Positions 18,604 through 25,700 of a stretch of 32,000 nt of DNA are shown here, in pieces. The stretch spans positions 4,770,001 through 4,802,000 of the forward strand of contig NZ_RSDW01000001.1 of assembly GCF_003945235.1 (NCBI RefSeq), written 5' to 3'. Within the stretch, counting starts at the first letter, position 1, and each line of letters starts with the position of its first letter. Under the pieces are notes generated by a model. It saw only the letters and a list, made by a program, of their open reading frames with translations, made no database searches and was not told where the DNA came from. This DNA comes from Edaphobacter aggregans (GTDB taxonomy: Bacteria; Acidobacteriota; Terriglobia; Terriglobales; Acidobacteriaceae). A program made the position numbers and the translations under genes.

Positions 18604-19148
18604 TGGCGGCGTTGCCAGAATTCGCAGCCGGCCTATGGGAAGAAGCGAAGCGATTTCTTGAAAAGGCAGAGGAAGACGGACCTTCAGACGGTGCGATTGC
18701 GTTCGTCCACGCCGCTCTCATGCTTGGCTTCGCCTCCTTTGAAGCCCACGTAAACGCGATGGCCGATGATTTTCTCACGACATCGTCTCTCAATCCGCAC
18801 GAGCGAGGGCTCTTGGGCGAACATATCGTCGAGCTTGTCGATGGCGAGTTTCAAGTTAAGGAAGTCCTCAAGGTTCAACGCCTAGAAGACAGGGTACTGT
18901 TCCTATGTAGGAGATTCTCGAAATCGCCGATTGATAGATCCTCGAGTTATTGGGGAGAATTTATGGCGGCTGCCAGACTGCGAAACCGGCTGACGCATCC
19001 TAAGCCGGGAGCACTTGTAATCGAGTTGGAGGAAGTACGCCGGGCGCTGACCGCGATAATCGAACTTCTCAACGTCATGTGCCTAAGCCTCTATCGGAAG
19101 AAGCTGCCTACCCATGGGCGAGGCCTGTCGTCGAAACGAAGTTTCTAG
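18603..19148 (+). CDS. HEPN-domain protein (putative RNase), R-x4-H motif RNRLTH
   Basis: A 181-aa ORF whose ATG overlaps the upstream stop (TAATG at 18601-18605). The sequence looks all-helical. The canonical HEPN R-[ND]-x3-H motif (AAARLRNRLTHPKP, residues 127-132) is encoded at 18981-18998. Confidence 0.6.
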   Translation: MAALPEFAAGLWEEAKRFLEKAEEDGPSDGAIAFVHAALMLGFASFEAHVNAMADDFLTTSSLNPHERGLLGEHIVELVDGEFQVKEVLKVQRLEDRVLFLCRRFSKSPIDRSSSYWGEFMAAARLRNRLTHPKPGALVIELEEVRRALTAIIELLNVMCLSLYRKKLPTHGRGLSSKRSF

Positions 19149-19201
19149 CGATTCGCACCGTTATTTGGTGGGTGATCGCAAATAGAGAGGTTCCAAATAA
19201 C

Positions 19202-19858
19202 ATGGGTCGGGAGTTCTCAATGACAGACGCAATACAGGCCGACCTTTTACGCGCTCAACAGATGCATCAGATAATTTCGGATACCTTGGCCGGAAACTAC
19301 GACGCAGACACACGAAGCACCCTTTTCGCAGGGTTTATGTCGATTTGTCTCTGTCATCATGAGGCTATCCTTTCTTTGCTAACGAACGATAGGTTGACCG
19401 CTTCTGCCTTGGCCTTAATGAGGCCCCTAGTGGAAGCGGGATGCCGTGGTTTGTTCGTCAAGTTCGAGGCAACGGAGGAAGAAGTTGAGATCGTCAGAAC
19501 TGGCGGCGAACCGTATCCCACTTTCCGCAAATTGATTGAGGTTCTCGATAACCGCTTCGGCACCGATAAATTGTTCGGTCAATACGGAGACATGTGGAAA
19601 CTACTAAACGATTTCACGCATACCGGAATAGAGCAACTCTCCAATCGATTCGATGAGAACGGCTCGATCGGATCACATCACAGCGAAGCGACAATCTGCG
19701 AACTGATCAACAGCTCCACATCCACCATGACGCGCATCGCAATTCCTTTTCTCGGTTCGCAAAAGAGCCCAGAAGCGGCAACCATAATCAATGACGCTTA
19801 TGTCGGTCTATATCCAATCCCCGATCGATCACCAGCTACCTCAACACCAAACCGTTAA
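19202..19858 (+). CDS. hypothetical helical protein (possible degenerate HEPN/AbiV-like fold)
   Basis: The ORF track gives 19079..19858. That N-terminus overlaps the HEPN gene, so I prefer ATG 19202 (AGAGAGG upstream) or ATG 19220 (GGGAG upstream). The motifs LALMRPLVEAGCRGLF and WKLLNDFTHTGIEQL resemble the conserved helices of Abi-type HEPN-like proteins but lack the Arg. Confidence 0.5.
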   Translation: MGREFSMTDAIQADLLRAQQMHQIISDTLAGNYDADTRSTLFAGFMSICLCHHEAILSLLTNDRLTASALALMRPLVEAGCRGLFVKFEATEEEVEIVRTGGEPYPTFRKLIEVLDNRFGTDKLFGQYGDMWKLLNDFTHTGIEQLSNRFDENGSIGSHHSEATICELINSSTSTMTRIAIPFLGSQKSPEAATIINDAYVGLYPIPDRSPATSTPNR

Positions 19859-20145
19859 ATCCCAAAATAACTTGAGTCTTGCCTGGCTTATGTCACAGCA
19901 AAGATAGCTCTGGAACAGTAGCCAGAATAATTATGAGAACACGCCTCAGCCTGTAGCTCTGATCGCTAAGTGGCGTAGTTTTTCAGCGGTATTTGACGTA
20001 GCCTCTAAGATTTGACGAACAATGTGGACGGTCGAGGCGTCGGCTCGACCGAAATCAAAGATGCTCGGCGCAGGGTAACTATTTGATTGCGCGCGGATAT
20101 TGATCAAAAGTTCTGTCTGGCTCTTTGCGAGCGAAAAGGTAACAG

Positions 20146-20188
20146 TACGCCAAATAATTCTGAAACATTACGCCAGATAATTCTGAAA
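20146..20188. repeat. two 20-nt direct repeats (tacgccaAataattctgaaa / tacgccaGataattctgaaa) offset by 23 nt
   Basis: Read directly from the sequence: 20146-20165 and 20169-20188 differ at one position. They lie inside the ORF-free gap. Confidence 0.9.
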
Positions 20189-20946
20189 GCAACAAACATA
20201 GTGTTTGGCTCCGTTTCTTTTGGTTGTGTCCGCTGTCTGCGGTACATGCTTGCCCGGAGGGTGTGCCGTCGCGACCCACTCCCTCGGCGACTGGACGGAA
20301 TCTGGGGAAGGGGACCCAAACTTGCTTTGGGGCAGGAGTCCGCACCTTGCAGAGGTGCGCAGCGGATTCTGGGAAGGAGAGCGTGCGTCCGAAGGGCGGG
20401 GGTGTCTTGAGCGTGGCACGCTGAACGCAGATAGAAAGGCAAACCGGAAGGGAGCCGTCTTGTTCAACGGGCGTTACCTCATGGCGCGAGTAGCAAAAGC
20501 CAGGTCAGAATCTAGAAGAGTCAATCCCAATGCAACAGAGAAGAATGACAAAGGGAATCGAAGCAGCGATGGTATCGCTCGGCCGGTCCATCTCCTCGTC
20601 TTCTCCATAGTTCTATGTACGCGAAGCGAACGCGATCTTTGGGCTCATGACTCCAATGTCTGTGTGGTCGGCAAACAGGAAGCAACGCGCCCGTACCAAG
20701 AGGATTAGTCGCGAAATTGGTTCAAGTCCCAACTTCCGTGTAGCCGTCATACGGCCAGAACGCCGTCGATAAGTGCAGTGGCGATTTACCCCTCGTCGAA
20801 AATCGACATCGTTGGGAGGGGATTTCGATCCGATCGCTCGATTGAAATCGGTGGTCAATTAATTCTTTGCTGTAAGATCAAGTTCAATTGGTCGGGTGAG
20901 CAGGAAAGTGGGCCGGATGTTCAGTGTGTATCGGAGGGTAACATTT

Positions 20947-21264
20947 ATGCAAAACTTTGATCTGCAACTGGAAGGCATTTCGGAAGCCGACTTGGAGAAG
21001 GTATTGAAAGATGCGCGGCTGTCGCCAGACGCATATAAAGTCAATACACCCAGTCGAAGTACCGGCAACACAATTGTCGACATTATGCTCGAGCTGTCTA
21101 AGATCGATCTCAACGCACTTTCGGTTGTTATCGGCTATCTGATGGGAACTGGTGTGGCGCTGTTTTATATGGAAGGTGTCCGCAAGAAGATCGGGTCCGT
21201 TTCTGATGCCCACAAATTGCTAAAGAAGCTTGAAAAACTAAATCAGGCCGACGAGGATGAATGA
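20947..21264 (+). CDS. small single-pass membrane protein, hypothetical (architecture reminiscent of EACC1-type 'effector-associated constant component')
   Basis: The ORF track gives 20896..21264. I moved the start to ATG 20947, which follows GGAGGG. The 105-aa protein has an acidic N-domain (MQNFDLQLEGISEADLEKVLKDARL...), one hydrophobic helix (LNALSVVIGYLMGTGVALFYM) and a charged tail. Its stop overlaps the next gene's start (ATGA at 21261-21264). Confidence 0.55.
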   Translation: MQNFDLQLEGISEADLEKVLKDARLSPDAYKVNTPSRSTGNTIVDIMLELSKIDLNALSVVIGYLMGTGVALFYMEGVRKKIGSVSDAHKLLKKLEKLNQADEDE

Positions 21265-22616
21265 GGTTTTCTACCCAATCTCTTTCACTCACAACACCTC
21301 CGATTAGCCAATCGTTTGTGGCCTTTGTCGATCGAAAGACGTACCCGCCTGTACGTCCCAATCAAATTCTTGAAGCAGCTGTGGCCTCCGTCGAATCGAC
21401 GCTGTCTGCGATCCGCTCCGGCATCTGGCCGCGCGACGTTCCGTTCCCGCATATCTTCGTTGTTTCGACCATTTACAGAGATTCGTGGGCGGAGCCCAAG
21501 GAGTTGCTGGTATTCCACGACGAGGGAGCGCAAGACATTGCCGTTTCCACCGCGGAGGCCATCAACTTCCCCTCCAGGCAGAGCGCGAGCTTCCCTACTT
21601 TCCTATTCATGGCGGAACAGCTAGTGGCACAAGACCGTGCGGATATTGCAATTTTACTGCTCCGTCGACTCTTTCCCTTGAATGGCCCAAGCCACCCAAT
21701 CTTTTCAAACCCGGACACCACTCCGTGGCGCCAATTTATAGGCGAAGAATGCCAATTTGAACTGCACCCTCCCGCAAAAGGGTTCGCGGGGGTATTATTG
21801 CACTCCAATAGGGAGGTTCAGTTCCAGTCCGTGGGCCGCATCATCATCCTTGCCCATGAGTTGGGACATTACCTCGCCAGCCTCCCTGAAGCGGAGAAAA
21901 TCCTCGTGAAGCTGAAAGTCCCTTCTGACGTTTTGCAGGATCATGAGGCATCCGCCGATCTAATCGGTGTGGTTCTCGCCGTCGGGGCGCTTTCTCGCTC
22001 CGTCGATTTTCGGCAGCCCGGTGCAATGACATGGCTTGTGGCGAAGGCTAACTTATTGCTCCAAATTCATCATGCATTTGTCGAAGTTCGCCGGATGACT
22101 ATGAAGGTGATCGGTCTCAAACCGTCCCCCGAACTGGGCAATCGCGCGAAGCTCGTATCCAGGGAATTGGCCGATCCCGACACGGTACGGAGTGTTTTTC
22201 GGCTTGGTGGCAGCCGCGCCAAGGTGATTGAGGAAACACTTGCTCATCATCAGAAGTATGTGAGTATCGTGGTAAGTTCCATTCTTCAATCCGCATCCGT
22301 AATGGTCGAGTCGATTGTTGAAGCCCGGACGATTGTGAATCCCCCCGGTGCTTCCGCGAACCGGCGAAACTCGGACGACGAACCAGACCATCAAGCAGTG
22401 TTGCAGGTCGTGCGCAACGCGCTGGGAGATGACATTTTCCGAGTTTTGAGTGTTCACTCCAATCAAGCTCCGGGTAACTGGAGCGAGCCTCACCGGCTGG
22501 CGGATGGGCAGAATCTGGACCTGTGGGGACAGCGCTCTGTCGGCATGAAAGCATTGCAGCTCACCAACGGGATCTTGCTAGATGTGAGCGACTGGCGCTT
22601 GGAGCGCGCCTGGTAA
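21261..22616 (+). CDS. HExxH zinc metallopeptidase-like protein (possibly ImmA/IrrE-like core)
   Basis: A 451-aa ORF. HELGH (IIILAHELGHYL) is encoded at 21855-21869. It is followed about 27 residues later by DHEASADLIG, which resembles the E-x-x-A-[ND] third-ligand helix of COG2856-type peptidases. There is no signal peptide, and I could not identify the rest of the protein. Confidence 0.6.
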   Translation: MRFSTQSLSLTTPPISQSFVAFVDRKTYPPVRPNQILEAAVASVESTLSAIRSGIWPRDVPFPHIFVVSTIYRDSWAEPKELLVFHDEGAQDIAVSTAEAINFPSRQSASFPTFLFMAEQLVAQDRADIAILLLRRLFPLNGPSHPIFSNPDTTPWRQFIGEECQFELHPPAKGFAGVLLHSNREVQFQSVGRIIILAHELGHYLASLPEAEKILVKLKVPSDVLQDHEASADLIGVVLAVGALSRSVDFRQPGAMTWLVAKANLLLQIHHAFVEVRRMTMKVIGLKPSPELGNRAKLVSRELADPDTVRSVFRLGGSRAKVIEETLAHHQKYVSIVVSSILQSASVMVESIVEARTIVNPPGASANRRNSDDEPDHQAVLQVVRNALGDDIFRVLSVHSNQAPGNWSEPHRLADGQNLDLWGQRSVGMKALQLTNGILLDVSDWRLERAW

Positions 22617-22755
22617 TCCTGCTGCGAAGATACGTCCGGCTCAATTGGCGATAACAGTCAGTATGGAGTGACCGGCGCCGATGCGCTGATCGTGGTTTAG
22701 GCTGTGTGTTTATTAGGGCACGCAGTTCAGAGCCACAGGCGGAAGGGAGCCGGTC

Positions 22756-23682
22756 ATGAAGGAGAAGGTACGATTTATAGGTTTGGATGTCCATGCCGAG
22801 ACCATCGCCGTAGCGATAGCCGAACCGGATGGTGAAGTACGGAGTCTGGGAACGATTCCGAACCGTAGCGAGTCGCTCCGCAAGCTGGTTAGGAAGCTTG
22901 GTCCAGCAGAGAAGTTGAGAGCCTGTTATGAGGCAGGACCGACGGGCTACGTGGTGTATTGGCAACTGACAGAACTGGGTGTACCGTGCGAGGTGGTAGC
23001 GCCTACTCTGGTACCGGTTAAAGCGGGTGATCGAGTAAAGACGGATCGGCGAGATGCGGAGAAGTTGGCACGCTGCTACCGATCTGGAGATCTGACAGCG
23101 GTATGGGTTCCGGACGAAGGTTCCGAGGCCTTACGCGATCTCGTGCGTGCCCGCGAAGCAGCCAAACAGGATCAGATGCGAGCGCGGCATCGGTTGAGCA
23201 AGTTTCTTCTTCGCTCCGGCCAGCGTCCACCAACCGGAGTTCGACCATGGACACGCCCCTATCTGATCTGGATCGCGCAGCTACGTTTCACACAGATCGC
23301 CCAGGAATCCACGCGACAGGATTACCTGCACGAGGTCGAGCACATGCGGGAACGGGTAGCGCGTCTGGAGCAAGCCATCACGGAAGCGGTGAAGCTGGCC
23401 TCCCCCGCGTTGCAGCAAGTCATTAACGATCTGCAGGCACTGCGCGGTATCGCGGATATCTCAGCTGTAACCATTGCGACCGAGCTGGGCCAGGTATCCC
23501 GTTTTCACAGTGCCCGGCAACTGATGGGCTATTGCGGTGCTGTGCCCAGCGAAGACTCCAGTGGCAAGCGAACCAGACGCGGTGGCATCACTAAAACCGG
23601 CAACGCGCATTTGCGACGAATCGTTGTCGAAGCAGCCTGGAGCTGTCGGACTGCACTCAAATCCCGGAATTTCGGATTTTGA
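22756..23682 (+). pseudogene. IS110-family DEDD transposase, 3'-truncated by transposon insertion
   Basis: The sequence MKEKVRFIGLDVHAETIAVAI...CYEAGPTGY...VKTDRRDAEKLA...ALRGIADISAVTIATELG...GITKTGNAHLRRIVVEAAWS is typical IS110. Homology stops after codon 296 (23643), and the last 12 codons (CRTALKSRNFGF*) are read from the transposon's terminal repeat. The usual C-terminal segment after the AAW motif is missing. Confidence 0.85.
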
Positions 23683-23747
23683 TCTCATTTTCTGCACTCA
23701 AATCCCGGAATTCAAGACACTCTATGTACTCTAATCCCGGACGAAAG
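23644..23747. repeat. transposon left (tniQ-proximal) end with three transposase-binding-type repeats
   Basis: The repeats are ctgcactcaaatcccggaatttcgg (23651-23675), ctgcactcaaatcccggaattcaag (23692-23716) and gtactctaatcccggacgaaag (23726-23747), all in the same orientation. Confidence 0.8.
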
Positions 23748-24787
23748 AACCTGCCCCGGAACGGTGAAGATTGTGAACGACTGCGCACGTGTTGATTGAG
23801 TGCGGAGGCGAGACGTCGACGCAAAGCAGCTGGCCAGCGCTGGCTTGAGGTCTCGATCAAGCCTGCCTCCCGGTGCGAAAGAAGCGCTAGAACGCGGAGC
23901 CAGAGAACGCAACCATTTCGAAGTCTGTTTTGTTTTCCTCTTGGTACGGAGCCCGGAAGTGCATCCATGATGAGTGATCCGATGATTGTAAGAATCTCGG
24001 TTCTGAAAGCGAAATGCAGATTCCGGGGATCTGTGGATTGGATGGACAGCTCGTGGCTCGGGTACCAGGCGAGGAGCTGGAGAAGGTCTTCTACGAAGCA
24101 ACGAAGCTGTGTCCCAGTGGCTGCTCCCAGCAATGCAGCGTCAGGATTGGCGGCGCGCAGAGCTGCACGATAGATCTGTTCGACGAAGAGTTGCGCTCCG
24201 GCAATCTGCCGCTGACGGGAGCTTGAAGTGGTGAAAGTCAGTTTTGCTCCGCAGCTCCAGCAGAGGACTGGCGCGACGGCGGGAGACGAGCCGAATGGTA
24301 GCGGGTTGTCTTCGCCACACGTAGGACAACCGTGTCGTAGCGGGCTCTTGTGGATATGACATCGCAGCAGGGCGGGGAAGGCCCACTCCCAACGGACGTG
24401 CACATAGGCTTGAAGCGAGATGCAGGGTGGACAAAAGGCATAGCCCGTCCGCAGTCTACGAAGCCGCTGGGATCGATCGGAGACGCCCCAACGCAGGAGA
24501 AGCGCACGTTCCGATTGCGGCAAACGCTTCCGGAGATCAAGTCGACCAAGGCTGCTTACAGACGTTCTAGAGAATGTTGCCATAGCGTTCAAGAACGCGA
24601 GCGGGAGGCCCCAGTCGAGCGAACTAAGACTTGGGAGATCTGAATGGCGACATTGGAACCCGATCATGAGTTCTTCAGGTGATACGCAGTTTGCATGAGC
24701 GATGCGGAGTACCCATGACGAAAATAGCTCGTTTGGGAGCGGTCTCGGAGCAAAGGGCAGTTGAGATGGCGCGGATGCCGTTTTCAT
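23657..24787 (-). CDS. tniQ: TniQ family transposition target-selection protein
   Basis: A 376-aa ORF. The N-terminal TniQ domain is PLPNELFSSWVLRIAHANCVSPEEL. Cys clusters follow (FCPPCIS...CPTCGEDN...CWSCG). Its start overlaps the tniB stop (ATGA). The last ~30 codons run through the terminal repeats. Confidence 0.85.
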   Translation of the reverse strand: MKTASAPSQLPFAPRPLPNELFSSWVLRIAHANCVSPEELMIGFQCRHSDLPSLSSLDWGLPLAFLNAMATFSRTSVSSLGRLDLRKRLPQSERALLLRWGVSDRSQRLRRLRTGYAFCPPCISLQAYVHVRWEWAFPALLRCHIHKSPLRHGCPTCGEDNPLPFGSSPAVAPVLCWSCGAKLTFTTSSSRQRQIAGAQLFVEQIYRAALRAANPDAALLGAATGTQLRCFVEDLLQLLAWYPSHELSIQSTDPRNLHFAFRTEILTIIGSLIMDALPGSVPRGKQNRLRNGCVLWLRVLALLSHREAGLIETSSQRWPAALRRRLASALNQHVRSRSQSSPFRGRFFRPGLEYIECLEFRDLSAENEIKIRNSGI

Positions 24788-25698
24788 CGTGCGGAGACGC
24801 GCCGGTTACGGCGGTCAGCAATCGAGACTAGAGATCCTGTGACTAGATCGTCTTTGAGTAGGCTAAGGCTGATGTGCTCCTGCCCGCTGTGAATCGCTTC
24901 TGTCGCCGCTGTTTCGATTAGCCGACAGATGCGCACAAGCACTCCTTCACTGAGACTTAGAATTCGCTGATGTACTTTGGGATCGCGGAACTCGGATGGT
25001 AGCCGCAGTGGAAGTATGGACTCAAAACTTAGAAGCAACTGCTGAAAGCTGGAATCGTTCTCCCAGGCTGGCAGTTCCGCCGCCTCGAATCGATCGGCAA
25101 GTTGCTGGTCAGTCATGAGCGCTTGCTTCGCTTCGTGAGTTCCCGCACAGACCAATGGCAGTCGCAGATCGTTGGCGAGAAAGCGGATCGAGTTGAGCAG
25201 TATTCGCTGTTCGCGATAGGTGCCGGCGAGAACCGAATGGATCTCGTCGATCACCAGTAGCCGCACTTCAAGTTGACGCGCCAGTGCGCGAATGCGGTGG
25301 CGTAAGGTTGTCACGCTTGTGCCGTGAGTGAAGATCCCGCCCATCGCCGCCAGGATCTCTTCGTAGAGATCACGTTCGCTTGGTGAGGGAGGCATCTGGA
25401 TCGAGACCACAGGAAGTCGGGTTCTTCCAAGCTTTTTGTCGAAGTGAGTTCGATTGTCGCGCAAGAACTTCTGGATGATGCGAGTCTTGCCCATACCAGT
25501 CGAGCCGTAGAGGACGAGGCACGGCATACGGTCGCGTGGAGGGTAGTCGACCAAATCCATCAAGCGTTCCAGAATACGTTCGGCACGAGGATATTGAATC
25601 CAGCGCTCCTGACGTAGCCAATGAATACGTTCAGTATCTGACAGCAGGGCCGCTTCGCGGCAAGGAGGTTGGAGGTGCCCCAGTTCGCTGACGGTCAT
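24784..25698 (-). CDS. tniB: TniB AAA+ ATPase (TnsC-like transposition regulator)
   Basis: The ORF track gives 24784..25710. I prefer ATG 25698 (MTVSELGHLQPP...), which lies 5 nt after GGGAG and just past the tniA stop. The protein carries Walker A (LYGSTGMGKT), Walker B (LLVIDEIH) and the N-terminal ERIHWLRQERWIQYPRA typical of TniB. Confidence 0.85.
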   Translation of the reverse strand: MTVSELGHLQPPCREAALLSDTERIHWLRQERWIQYPRAERILERLMDLVDYPPRDRMPCLVLYGSTGMGKTRIIQKFLRDNRTHFDKKLGRTRLPVVSIQMPPSPSERDLYEEILAAMGGIFTHGTSVTTLRHRIRALARQLEVRLLVIDEIHSVLAGTYREQRILLNSIRFLANDLRLPLVCAGTHEAKQALMTDQQLADRFEAAELPAWENDSSFQQLLLSFESILPLRLPSEFRDPKVHQRILSLSEGVLVRICRLIETAATEAIHSGQEHISLSLLKDDLVTGSLVSIADRRNRRVSAR

Positions 25699-25700
25699 TC

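Noticed and set aside
20205-20708. A 167-aa plus-strand ORF, the longest in the ORF-free gap.
   Set aside because: It is Gly/Arg/Cys-rich and low in complexity. It overlaps three other similar-length ORFs on both strands and has no RBS or motif, so I treated the region as non-coding.
20725-20750. The sequence ggttcaagtccc resembles a tRNA T-arm/T-loop, suggesting a tRNA gene or a tRNA-derived att site.
   Set aside because: The flanking bases do not form a canonical 5-bp T-stem; only ttgg/ccaa pairs, leaving an 8-nt loop. I could not build acceptor, D or anticodon arms around it.
20300-20760. Possible known large ncRNA in the ORF-free gap (RNase P RNA, tmRNA, SRP RNA or group II intron domain V).
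   Set aside because: None of the hallmark strings is present. I looked for GAGGAAAGUCC and ACAGAACCCGGCUUA (RNase P), a tag-peptide reading frame and 3' tRNA-like end (tmRNA), CCAGGUCAGGUCCGGAAGGAAGCAGCC (SRP; only ccaggtcag matches) and the AGCCGUAU...ACGUACGGUUC helix (domain V). There is also no reverse-transcriptase ORF.
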